A stretch of DNA of 64,000 bases from an uncultured Actinomycetota bacterium. GTDB taxonomy: Bacteria > Actinomycetota > Actinomycetes > Mycobacteriales > CADCTP01. The stretch is taken from contig CAVYOJ010000002.1 of assembly GCA_963770145.1 (NCBI GenBank), positions 39,839-103,838 on the forward strand, written 5' to 3'. The position numbers were made by a program, and so were the translations under genes. The notes beneath the pieces were generated by a model. It ran no database searches. It saw nothing but the letters and a program-made list of their open reading frames with translations, and had not been told where the DNA came from. Shown here piece after piece: positions 30,560 to 40,304 of this stretch (positions are counted from its first letter, which is position 1; every line of letters starts with the position of its first letter).

Positions 30560-33221
30560 GTGGAGTTCCTGCTCCTGGGGCCGGTCGAGGTCCGCCGGGC
30601 CGGCCAGCGGGTCGCGGTCGGCGGTCCGCAGGCCGAGAAGGCGCTGGCCACGCTGCTGCTGGCCGGCGGTCGGGTGGTCGGCCTCGACGCGCTGGTCGAC
30701 GCGCTCTGGGACGCCGAGCCGCCGCCGACCGCGGTGCACCAGGTGCACAAGCTCATCGGCGGGCTGCGCCGGCGCATCCCGGGCGTGATCGACACCGACG
30801 GCCGCGGCTACCGGATCCGGCCCGGCGCCGGCACGCTCGACGTCGACCGGTTCGAGCAGCTGGCCGGCCGCGCCGAGATCCCGGACCTCGTCGCCGCCCT
30901 GGCGCTCTGGCGCGGCACCGCGCTGGCCGGGGTGGACAGCCGGGTCGCTGCGGACCGCCGCGACCGCGCTGGACGACCGCCGGCTGGCCGTGCTGGAGCG
31001 GCTCACCGACCTGCGGCTGGCCGCCGGCCAGGCCGGCGCGGTCGCCACCGAGCTGCCGCCGCTGGTCGCCGAGCACCCGCTGCGGGAGACCCTGCGCCGG
31101 CAGCTGATGACCGCGCTCTACCGCTGCGGCCGGCAGGCCGAGGCCCTCGGCGTGTACGCGGAGACCCGCAGCCTGCTGGCCGAGGAGCTCGGCCTCGACC
31201 CCGGCCCCGAGCTGGTCCGGCTGCACCAGCAGATCCTGCGGGCCGACCCGGCGCTGGAGCCGGACCGGCCGCGCCCGCCGTGCACGCTGCCGTACGACCT
31301 GCCCGACTTCGCCGGCCGCGGCGACGACCTGGACCGGCTGCTGCACGCCGGGCCGGCGGTGGTGATCACCGCCATCGACGGGATGGCCGGGATCGGCAAG
31401 ACCGCGCTGGCCGTGCACGCCGCGTACCGGCTGGCCGACCGGTTCCCGGACGGGCAGCTGTTCTGCGACCTGCACTCGCACACCCCCGGCGCCCGGCCGC
31501 TGGAGCCGGCCGAGGCGCTGGAGCGGCTGCTGCGGATGATCGGGGTGCCGCCGGAGACGATCCCGGCCGCGCTGGACGAGCGGGTGGCCCGGTGGCGGGC
31601 CGAGCTGGCCGGCCGGCGGGTGCTGGTGGTGCTGGACAACGCGGTGTCCGCGGCCCAGGTCCGGCCGCTGCTGCCCGGCTCGCCGCACGCGCTGGTGCTG
31701 GTCACCAGCCGGCGCCGGCTCGGCGTGCTCGACGGGGCGACCGTGCTGTCGCTGGACGTGCTGCCGTGGGCCGAGGCGCTGGCGCTGTTCGGCGCGGTGG
31801 CCGGCGCGGCCCGGGTCGCGGCCGAGCCGGCGGCCGCCGCCGAGGTGGTCCGGCTGTGCGGCCGGCTGCCGCTGGCGCTGCGGATCGCCGGCAGCCGGCT
31901 GGCCCACCGGCCCGGCTGGACGGTCGCCGCGCTGGCCGACCGGCTGCGCGAGCGGGCCGACCGGCTGGACGAGCTGACCCTCGCCGACCGCGGCGTCGGG
32001 CCGGCCTTCGCGCTCTCGTACGCCCAGCTCGCGCCGGCCGAGCAGCGGATGTTCCGGCTGCTCGGCGTGCACCCGGGCGCGGACTTCGACGCCTGGTCCG
32101 CGGCCGCGCTGGCCGGCTGCACCCCGCGGGCGGCCGAGGACGTGCTGGAGGCGCTGGTCGACGCGCACCTGCTGCGCTCGGCCGCGCCGGGCCGGTACAC
32201 CTTCCACGACCTGATCCGGGAGTACGCCCGCAGCCTGGCGCCGGCGGCCGGAGCGCCGCGGCAGCGGCTGCACGACTACTACCTGGCCGCGGCGGTGCGG
32301 GCGACGGACCTGATCAGCCGGGAGGTGCGCCGGTTCGAGCCGCGGCTGGCCCGCCCGCCGGCGCAGCTGCCCGACCTGGTGGGCCTGGACGGGGCGCTGG
32401 CCTGGCTGGCGACCGAGCACCGGACGCTGGTCGAGGTGACCGAGACGACCGACGACTGGCAGCTGGCCTGCGTGCTCCGGACGTACTTCGAGCTGCAGGG
32501 GCACTTCGCCGACTGGCGGGCCACCCACGAGCGGCTGCTGTCCACCACCGACCCGTACGGTCAGGCGCTGGTCCGGTTCAACCTCGGCGGGCTGTGCATG
32601 TGGACCGGCCGGCTGGCCGACGGGATGGCGCACCTGCGGCACGTGCTCGGCACGAGCGACCGGCAGCTGGAGGCGACGACGCTGACCAGCCTCGGCATGC
32701 TCGCGCACCTGCTGCACCGGGACGCCGAGGCCGCCGGCTACCTGCGCCGGGCCCTGGCGATCGACCACGACAACGCCCGGACCAGGGCGTTCGGCTGGAA
32801 CAACCTGGCCCTGACCGAGGGCCGGCAGGGCCGGGCCGAGGCGGCGCTGCAGCACCACCGGCGGGCGCTGGCGATCGCCCGGCAGCTGCACAGCCCGTCC
32901 GCGGTGCGCACCGTGCTGCTCGGGCTGGGCGAGACGTCGCTGCGGATCGACCGGCCGGCGGAGGACGAGTTCCGGCAGGCGCTGCGGCTGGCCCGGGACG
33001 CCCGCTACCCGATGCACGAGGCGCTGGCGCTGGACGGGCTGGCCCACGCCACCGGCGACCCCGCGTACTGGCGGGAGGCGTTGCCGATCTTCACCGACCT
33101 CGGCGTGGCCCAGGCCGACCTGGTCCGCCGGCACCTGGCCGACCCGGCCGGCCGGTGGTGCGACCTGTGCCCGGCGACCGCGGGGACGAGCGCGGTCGCC
33201 GGGCACGTCGGGGTGCGCTAG
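30560..33221 (+). pseudogene. AfsR-like large SARP regulator (wHTH-BTAD + NB-ARC ATPase + TPR), one +1 frame break (about 30950)
   Basis: VEFLLLGPVEV..ALVDALW (ORF 30488-). BTAD LMTALYRCGRQAEALGVYAETRSLLAEELGLDPGPEL. P-loop GMAGIGKTALA. LVVLDNA. TPR-like C-terminus (ORF 30990-33221). Confidence 0.85.
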
Positions 33222-33692
33222 ACTCGAGACCAGGTGGACGTTGTCGGCGGCGACCGTCCACTTCCCGTGCTCGCGGACGAGGTACATGGTGAACGCGAAG
33301 TGCGCGTCGGTGTTCGTCGACGGCCGCACGAACCGGGCCGTGGCGACCGCGATGCCCGAGTCGCACCCGTGCACGGTCTCGGACTCGATCTCGTAGAGCC
33401 AGGACCAGTTGGGGGTCGCGAACGCCTGCCGCGCGGTGGCCATGATCGCGTCCCGCCCGTACGTGGTGACGCCGTCCTGCCAGAAGATCATCCGCGGGTT
33501 GAGGATCGCCTCGTACCGGGCGGCGTCCTTGGCGTTGTAGGCCTCGTTGTCCTCGACGACGGCGGCGTGGAAGCCGGCCGCGCAGTGCCGGTTGGAGTCG
33601 TGCCCGTGGCCGGACGCGGCCGCCGGAGTGGCGGCGGCGACGCTTCCGGTCAGGGCGAGCGCGGCGAGGGCGGCGACGTACCTGCGGCGCAT
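33218..33692 (-). pseudogene. secreted NTF2-like (SnoaL/DUF4440-type) protein; no in-frame stop as written
   Basis: GAGGAGG RBS plus ATG at 33692. Signal peptide MRRRYVAALAALALTGSVAAATPAAA. The fold ends ..REHGKWTVAADNVHLV. A TAG (33218-33220) is reached only by a +1 shift; otherwise the frame runs antisense through the SARP gene. Confidence 0.55.
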
Positions 33693-33843
33693 GGGTTCCT
33701 CCTCGGTCGGGTTGGGGTATCGACCCTGTCGACCGGCGGTCCCCGCCGAGTCCCCGTCCACTCCCCGGCCACCCGGGATGGCATAGTGACAAGCGGAGGC
33801 GCCTCCGGGTGCCGTGCTGCCGGCCGCTCGGTGGGAGGAACGT

Positions 33844-36133
33844 GTGAGCATCCTCGGGACCCGCGTGCTCCGGACCGAAGATCCGAAGTTCCTCACCACG
33901 GGCGGCGAGTACACCGAGGACCTGGTGGACGACCGGCTCGCCGGCGCGGTGCACGTCTTCTTCGTCCGCTCCCCGCTCGCGCACGCCCGGATCACCGGCA
34001 TCGACCTCGACGCGGTCCGGGCCACGCCCGGCGTGGTCGCCGCGTACACCGCCGCCGACCTGGCCGACGTCGACCCGATCGCGCCGATGCCCGGCATGAC
34101 CGCCGGGATGACCCAGACCCTGCTCGCCACCGACACGGTCCGGTACGTCGGCGAGGCGGTCGCGATCGTCGTCGTCGAGGACCCGTACCAGGGCGAGGAC
34201 GTGGTCGAGCTGGTCGGCGTCGACTACGACCCGCTGCCCGCGCGTGGTCGACCCGCGGGACGCGGCCAGGGACGAGACGCTGGTGTTCCCCGCGGCCGGC
34301 ACGAACACGGTGATCACCTACGGCGAGGAGCCGGACGAGCACCTCTTCGACGACTGCGACGTCGTGGTCACCCGGACGATCCTCAACCAGCGGGTCGCGC
34401 CGGCGCCGATGGAGGGCCGTGCCGCCGCGGCCGTGTGGGGCGAGGACGGCCGGCTGACCGCCTGGATCCCCAACCAGGGCGCCCAGGGCAGCAGGGCCAC
34501 GCTGGCCAAGATGCTCGGCCTCGACCGGGACCGGGTGCGGGTGATCACCCCGGACGTGGGCGGCGCGTTCGGGGCGAAGTTCGGCGCCGACCCCGAGCAC
34601 GCCCTCGTCGCCTGGGTGGCCCGCGCGGTCGGCCGGCCGGCCCGGTGGAGCGAGACCCGCTACGAGAACCTGCTCGGGATGACCCACGGCCGGGCCCAGG
34701 TCCAGACCGTGACGATCGGCGGCCGGCGGGACGGCCGGGTCCTCGCGTACCGGCTGGAGGTGCTGCAGGACGCCGGCGCCTACCCGCGGATGGGCGCGTT
34801 CCTGCCGTCGCTGACCCGGCTGATGACCCCGGGCACGTACGACTTCGCCAAGGTCGAGTCGTTCGCACGCTCGGTGGTCACCACCACGACGCCGATCGGC
34901 GCGTACCGGGGCGCGGGGCGGCCGGAGGCGACCGCCGCGATCGAGCGGGCGATGGACCTGTTCGCGGCCGAGATCGGGATGGACCCGGCCGAGGTACGCC
35001 GGCGCAACCTGCTCGCCCCGTTCGCCGAGCCGCACCGCAACGGCTTCGGCGCCCTGTACGACAGCGGCGACTTCCCGGCCGCGCTGGAGAGGGCGCTGGA
35101 GGCGGCCGGGTACGACGAGCTGCGCAAGGAGCAGGCCGAGCGCCGCGCCCGCGGCGACGTGGTCCAGCTCGGCATCGGGCTGGCCAGCTACGTCGAGATC
35201 ACCGGCGGCGGGGGCGAGTCCGGCGCGCCCAACGAGAACGCCACGATCGAGGTGCACCCGGACGGCTCGGCCACGATCCTGACCGGCGCCTCGCCGCACG
35301 GTCAGGGGCACCAGACCGCGTTCGCGATGCTGGCCAGCGAGGAGCTCGGCATCCCGGTCGAGAAGATCACCCTCAAGTGGGGCGACACCGACCTGGTCCC
35401 CCGCGGCGGCGGCACCGGTGGCTCGCGCAGCCTGCAGCAGGGCGGGGCCGCGGTCCGGCAGGCGTCCCGGGAGCTGCTCGACGTGGCCAGGGAGCGGGCC
35501 GCCGACGCGCTCGAGGCCGACCCGGCCGACCTGCGCTTCGACCCGCAGCGGTCGGCGTTCACCGTGGCCGGCGTGGCCCAGGCCGCGGTCTCGCTGGGTG
35601 AGCTGGCCGAGACCGAGCGGCTGTTCGTGCACACGGTCTTCACCGCGCCCGGGGCGACGTTCCCGTTCGGCGCGCACGTCGCGGTGGCGGAGGTCGACAC
35701 CGAGACCGGCCAGGCCGTGCTGCGCCGGCTGGTCGCGGTCGACGACGCGGGCACGGTGCTCAACCCGCTGCTCGCCGAGGGTCAGCGGCACGGCGGGATC
35801 GCCCAGGGCGCCGCGCAGGCGCTGCTGGAGGAGGTCGTCTACGACGCCGACGGCAACCCGCTGACCGCGAGCTTCGCCGACTACCCGTTCCTGTCGGCGA
35901 CCGAGGTGCCCAGCTTCGAGCTGGTCGACATGGCCACGCCGACGACGTACAACCCGATGGGGGTGAAGGGGATCGGCGAGGCCGGCAGCATCGGCGCCAC
36001 CCCGGCCGTGCAGAACGCGGTGATCGACGCGGTCGCGCACCTCGGCGTCCGGCACATCGACATGCCCACCTCGCCGCGCACGGTCTGGCGGGCCCTCCGC
36101 GATGCGAGCGACGGCGAAGGGAGCGGGCGATGA
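33844..36133 (+). pseudogene. molybdopterin-dependent hydroxylase large subunit (form-II CoxL-like), one +1 frame break (about 34240)
   Basis: VSILGTRVLRTEDPKFLTG.. Active-site loop reads PIGAYRGAGRPEA (the AYRGAGR type, not the VAYRCSFR type). ORFs 33814- and 34244-36133. Confidence 0.85.
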
Positions 36134-36593
36134 AGGTCGAGATCACCGTCAACGGCGAGAGCCGGGTGGACGAGATCGAGCCGCGGCTGCTGCTGGTGCA
36201 CTACCTGCGCGAGGTGTGCGGGCTGCGGGCGGCGAACGTCGGCTGCGACACCACCTCGTGCGGCGCCTGCACGGTGCTGCTCGACGGCGACGTCGGTGAA
36301 GTCGTGCACGGTGCTGGCCGCGCAGGCCGAGCGGGCGCGCGGTCACCACGGCCGAGGGACTGTCCGGTGCGGACGGACAGCTGCACCCGGTGCAGCAGGC
36401 GTTCCGGCAGGAGCACGGGCTGCAGTGCGGCTTCTGCACGCCCGGCATGGTGATGGCGACCGTCGGGCTGCTGGCCGAGAACCCGCACCCGACCGAGCAG
36501 GAGGTCCGGGAAGGCCTGGAGGGCAACTTCTGCCGGTGCACCGGCTACCACAACATCGTCCGGGCGGTGCTGTCCGCGGCCGGTGAGCGATGA
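36130..36593 (+). pseudogene. [2Fe-2S] small subunit (CoxS-like), two +1 frame breaks (about 36295 and 36345)
   Basis: [13 protein letters not shown] (ORF 36130-), KSCTVLA (36296 frame), [21 protein letters not shown] (36390-36593). Confidence 0.85.
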
Positions 36594-37408
36594 TCCCCTC
36601 GCCGTTCGAGTACGTCCCGGCCGGGTCGGCGGCCGAGGCGGTCGACCTGCTGCGCCAGCACGGCGACGACGCCAAGCTGCTCGCCGGCGGCCACTCGTTG
36701 CTGCCGATGATGAAGGTGCGGCTGGCCGCGCCGTCGGTGCTCGTCGACATCGGCGCGATCCCGGAGCTGTCGTACGTCCGGGTCGCCGACGGGCAGCTCG
36801 CCATCGGGGCGGCGACCACGCACCAGGCGGTGGCGACGTCGCCGGAGGTGCGGTCGCAGGTCCCCTTGCTGGCCTGGTCGGCCGGTCAGGTCGGCGACCC
36901 GCAGGTGCGCCACCGCGGCACGATCGGCGGCTCGCTGGCGCACGCCGACCCGGCCGCCGACCTGCCCATGGCACTGTCCGCTGTGGACGGTCGGGTGGTC
37001 GTGCTCGGCCCGTCCGGGCAGCGCGAGATCGGCGCGGACGAGTTCTTCCAGGGCTACTTCGAGACCGCGCTGGCCCCGGACGAGATGATCGTCGAGGTGC
37101 GGATGCCGGTGCGGCCGGGGCAGCCGTGGGGCTACCAGAAGTTCACCCGGCGGGCCAACGACTGGGCGATCGTCGGGGTCGCGGCGGTGGGCGGGCGGGT
37201 GGCGCTGGCCAACATGGGCCCGGCGCCGGTACGGGCGCTGGCCACCGAGCAGGCGGTCGCCGCCGGCGCCGACGCGACCGAGGCCGCCCGGCTGGCCGCC
37301 GAGGAAGCCGACCCGGCCGAGGACATGCACGCCGACGCCGCCTACCGCCGCCACCTGGCCCAGGTCCTCACCAAGCGCGCCCTCATCTCCGCCGGCATCC
37401 CCGCCTGA
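36590..37408 (+). CDS. FAD-binding medium subunit (CoxM-like)
   Basis: Intact 272 aa. [42 protein letters not shown] overlap with the small subunit. Confidence 0.85.
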   Translation: MIPSPFEYVPAGSAAEAVDLLRQHGDDAKLLAGGHSLLPMMKVRLAAPSVLVDIGAIPELSYVRVADGQLAIGAATTHQAVATSPEVRSQVPLLAWSAGQVGDPQVRHRGTIGGSLAHADPAADLPMALSAVDGRVVVLGPSGQREIGADEFFQGYFETALAPDEMIVEVRMPVRPGQPWGYQKFTRRANDWAIVGVAAVGGRVALANMGPAPVRALATEQAVAAGADATEAARLAAEEADPAEDMHADAAYRRHLAQVLTKRALISAGIPA

Positions 37409-37426
37409 CGCGCCGCCCGGCAGGGG

Positions 37427-37816
37427 TCAGCGGCCGGTCAGCGGATCGAACAACCGCAGCTCCGGGTCGATCCGGCGCAGGTCCTCCGGGTCGCTGGTCA
37501 CGACCGAGTGTCCGCGCTGTCGCGCGCAGACGACGACCGAGACGTCGACCACGTCTCGGGCGCCGGTCTCGGCGCACAGCTTCCCGACGGCGAGCGCGAC
37601 CGAGCGGTCGAGCTGCACCACCTCGACCAGCGGCGAGCCGAGCAGCCTCGCCAGCCGGGCCTGCCGGGCGGAGGCCCGCCAGACCTGGGCGAGCACGCCG
37701 GCCGGCACGGCCAGCGGAACCCGCTCGGCGAGCGCGACCCGCACCAGCTCGCGCATGTACGGACTACCCGACTCCAGTGCGATCAAGGCGCCCGCGTCCA
37801 GCGTCGTCCCGCTCAC
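37427..37816 (-). CDS. vapC: PIN-domain toxin
   Basis: 129 aa. N-terminal TLDAGALIA, internal acidic residues (DVVDVSVV, VVTSDPEDL). GTGA overlap with the upstream antitoxin. Confidence 0.75.
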   Translation of the reverse strand: MSGTTLDAGALIALESGSPYMRELVRVALAERVPLAVPAGVLAQVWRASARQARLARLLGSPLVEVVQLDRSVALAVGKLCAETGARDVVDVSVVVCARQRGHSVVTSDPEDLRRIDPELRLFDPLTGR

Positions 37817-38166
37817 TTCTCCCGCGAACCGTCCGAAGTGGACTGCCGGCGGCCCGAGCCGGTGGCGTGCGGCATCCTGGCTCTCGAACCGGTTGCGGTG
37901 CGCCGCCTCGGCGCGGCCTTCGGTCCGGACGGATCACTCTGCAGCGCGCGGCGAGCCCACGCCCGGTGCTCGTCCGTAGCCGGCTCCTGCGTCTCGTCCT
38001 CGTCGAGCAGTTGGAGCAGCTCGTCCTCCGCGGACCGGCGGGCCAGCGCCTCCGACACGTACGCCGAGACCGAGGGCGCCCTGCCCTCGGCGACGGCTGC
38101 CCGCGCAGCCTCCACCTGCTCGTCGGGCAGGCTCACGGCGATCTTCGTGGTCATACCAGCGATCAT
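37813..38166 (-). CDS. vapB: ribbon-helix-helix antitoxin with a long basic tail
   Basis: MTTKIAVSLPDEQVEAARAAVAEGRAPSVSAYVSEAL is typical of RHH antitoxins. The start is at 38166 or 38154. Confidence 0.65.
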   Translation of the reverse strand: MIAGMTTKIAVSLPDEQVEAARAAVAEGRAPSVSAYVSEALARRSAEDELLQLLDEDETQEPATDEHRAWARRALQSDPSGPKAAPRRRTATGSRARMPHATGSGRRQSTSDGSREK

Positions 38167-38190
38167 ACCGCCGCCGGAGATCCGGCCCGG

Positions 38191-39270
38191 TCAGGCCTCG
38201 GCGAGGACGGCGACCAGGTCGGCGAGGGCCTGGGCGGAGTGGCCGGCGACGAGGGCGTCCACGTACGGGAGGGCGGCGAGCATGCCGGCCGTCTCCGGGG
38301 TGAACCCCTCCTTGCCCTTGTGCGGGTTGACCCAGACCACGGCGTGGGCGAGCCGGCGCAGCCGGGCCGCCTGCTGGCCGAGCAGCTCGGCGCCGCCGCG
38401 CTCCCAGCCGTCGGAGAAGATCACCACGACCGCGCTGCGGGCGGCGCCACGCTGGCCCCACCGGTCCAGGAACGCCTGCAGCGACTCGCCGAGCCGGGTG
38501 CCGCCGCTCCAGTCCGGCACGGTCTGCGCGGCCGCCTGCAGCGCCGCGTCCGGGTCGCGCAGCCGCAGCGCCCGGGTCACCCGGGTCAGCCGGGTGCCGA
38601 CCGTGAAGACCTCGGTCGCGAACGGGCGGACCCGGACCGCGGCGTGCGCGAACAGCAGCAGCCAGTCCGCGTACGGCGCCATCGACCCGCTCACGTCGAC
38701 CAGCAGGACCAGCCGGCGCGGCTTCTCCCGCCGCCGCCAGTGCGCCAGCACGATCGGCTCGCCGCCGGCCCGCAGCATCGTGCGCATGGTCCGCGCCGGG
38801 TCGACGCCGCTGCGCCCGCCGGCGCGCCGCCGCACCGACCGGCGGGTGCCGACCGAGGGCGCGAGCAGCCCGATCAACCGGCGTACCTCGGCCCGCTCGG
38901 CGGCGGTGAGCGCGGCGACGTCCCGGGTGCGCAGGGTCTCCAGCGCGGTCGCGGCGACCCGCTCGGCCCGGCCCGCGGCGCCCTCGCCGCTCTCCCCCGC
39001 GCCACCGAGCGTCCGCACCGTGCTCTCGACCGCTGCCGGTCGCGGCCCGGGCCCGAACCACTCGGCGAACGCGGCGTCGAACCGCGGCAGGTCGTCCGGC
39101 TCGGAACACAGCGACAGCCGGGTGGTCCAGTAGACCTGCGCCGGGTCGAGCAGGTCGACGTGGTCGAGCGCGCCGGCCGCGGCGACCACCCGGGACGCGT
39201 CGGCGGCCACCCCGCGCTCCCGCAGCGACCGCGCGAACGCGGTCAGCTCGGCGACGGGATCGGCGATCAC
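38191..39270 (-). CDS. VWA-domain protein (CoxE-like)
   Basis: Intact 359 aa. MIDAS LLVDVSGSM. VVVIFSDGWERG. WVNPH. Confidence 0.8.
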   Translation of the reverse strand: MIADPVAELTAFARSLRERGVAADASRVVAAAGALDHVDLLDPAQVYWTTRLSLCSEPDDLPRFDAAFAEWFGPGPRPAAVESTVRTLGGAGESGEGAAGRAERVAATALETLRTRDVAALTAAERAEVRRLIGLLAPSVGTRRSVRRRAGGRSGVDPARTMRTMLRAGGEPIVLAHWRRREKPRRLVLLVDVSGSMAPYADWLLLFAHAAVRVRPFATEVFTVGTRLTRVTRALRLRDPDAALQAAAQTVPDWSGGTRLGESLQAFLDRWGQRGAARSAVVVIFSDGWERGGAELLGQQAARLRRLAHAVVWVNPHKGKEGFTPETAGMLAALPYVDALVAGHSAQALADLVAVLAEA

Positions 39271-39346
39271 GGCGCCACGCCGGCCGGCCGGTCACCCCGG
39301 CCGTCCGAACCGGCCGACCGGCTCCGGCGCCGCCCGCGTCACCGGC

Positions 39347-40219
39347 TCACCCCAGCCGGGCCAGCAGCCCGGGCAGCACGTCGCGCTCGGCCGTCACCTG
39401 GTCCTCGCGATACTTCAGCAGCGCCCCCAGCGTCGCCCGCACCGCCGGCAGGCTCAGCTCGGTCGCCCCGAGCAGCCGCAGCGCGGTCGCCCAGTCGATC
39501 GCCTCGGCGATCCCCGGCGGCTTCACCAGCCCGGCCGCCCGCATCGCCGCGACCCCGGCCGCGACCTGCCGGGCCAGCCGGTCGGCGACCTCGGGCTGGT
39601 GCCGGCGGATGATCTCCACCTCGCGCTCCAGGTCGGGGTGGTCGACCCAGTGGTAGAGGCAGCGCCGCTTGAGCGCATCGTGCAGCTCCCGGGTCCGGTT
39701 GGAGGTGAGCACCACGATCGGCGGCTCGGCCGGCCGGATCGTGCCCAGCTCCGGGATCGTCACCGCGTTGTCGGCCAGCACCTCGAGCAGGAACGCCTCG
39801 AACTCGTCGTCGGCCCGGTCGATCTCGTCGACCAGCAGCACGGCCGGGCTGACCTCGAGCGCCCGCAGGATCGGCCGGGCGATGAGGAACCGCCGGTCGT
39901 ACACCGACCGCTCGTCGCCGGCACCGTCCTCGGCCGCCCGCAGGTGCAGCAGCTGGCGCGGGAAGTCCCAGTCGTACAGGGCCTGGCTGGCGTCGATGCC
40001 CTCGTAGCAGGACAGCCGGACCAGCTCGGCCCCGACGACGTCGGCGAGCGCCTGGGCCAGCGCGGTCTTGCCCACCCCGGGGTCGCCCTCGAGCAGCAGC
40101 GGCCGGCGCATCCGGATCGCCAGGTACGCCGCGGTCGCCACCCCCTCGTCCGGCAGGTAGCCGGCCGCGTCCAGGGCGGCGGACAGGGCCGGGATGCCGG
40201 CGAACTCCGGGTACGTCAC
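39347..40219 (-). CDS. MoxR-type AAA+ ATPase (CoxD-like)
   Basis: Walker A EGDPGVGKT, Walker B LLVDEIDRA. The start is uncertain: GTG at 40219 or ATG at 40294. Confidence 0.8.
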   Translation of the reverse strand: MTYPEFAGIPALSAALDAAGYLPDEGVATAAYLAIRMRRPLLLEGDPGVGKTALAQALADVVGAELVRLSCYEGIDASQALYDWDFPRQLLHLRAAEDGAGDERSVYDRRFLIARPILRALEVSPAVLLVDEIDRADDEFEAFLLEVLADNAVTIPELGTIRPAEPPIVVLTSNRTRELHDALKRRCLYHWVDHPDLEREVEIIRRHQPEVADRLARQVAAGVAAMRAAGLVKPPGIAEAIDWATALRLLGATELSLPAVRATLGALLKYREDQVTAERDVLPGLLARLG

Positions 40220-40304
40220 CCCTCCAGCATCACACGCCGGGACGCTCAGCTGCCGTCGGGGAAGCCGCCGCGGTGGCCCGGACGGCGAGGTCACGCCCCC
40301 GACG

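Noticed and set aside
7375-33221. Secondary-metabolite biosynthetic gene cluster implied by two SARP regulators.
   Set aside because: No PKS, NRPS, terpene synthase, lanthipeptide or other core enzyme occurs anywhere in the window. The SARPs alone are insufficient evidence.
30753-34136. 1127-aa ORF on the minus strand, and similar giants: 9798-12341 (-), 24858-27365 (+), 36583-39612 (+), 56440-58812 (-), 49704-51896 (-) and 7880-9067 (-).
   Set aside because: These are stop-poor antisense or off-frame reads typical of >70% GC DNA. Their translations are Arg/Pro/Gly/Ala low-complexity strings. The opposite strand or another frame carries recognisable proteins with high GC3. Only short embedded segments are real, for example the NTF2-like gene and the MaoC N-terminus.
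33844-36133. Calling the large subunit a bona fide CO dehydrogenase (CoxL).
   Set aside because: The active-site loop is AYRGAGR (form II, or another hydroxylase) rather than the VAYRCSFR of characterised CO dehydrogenases. The substrate is left open.
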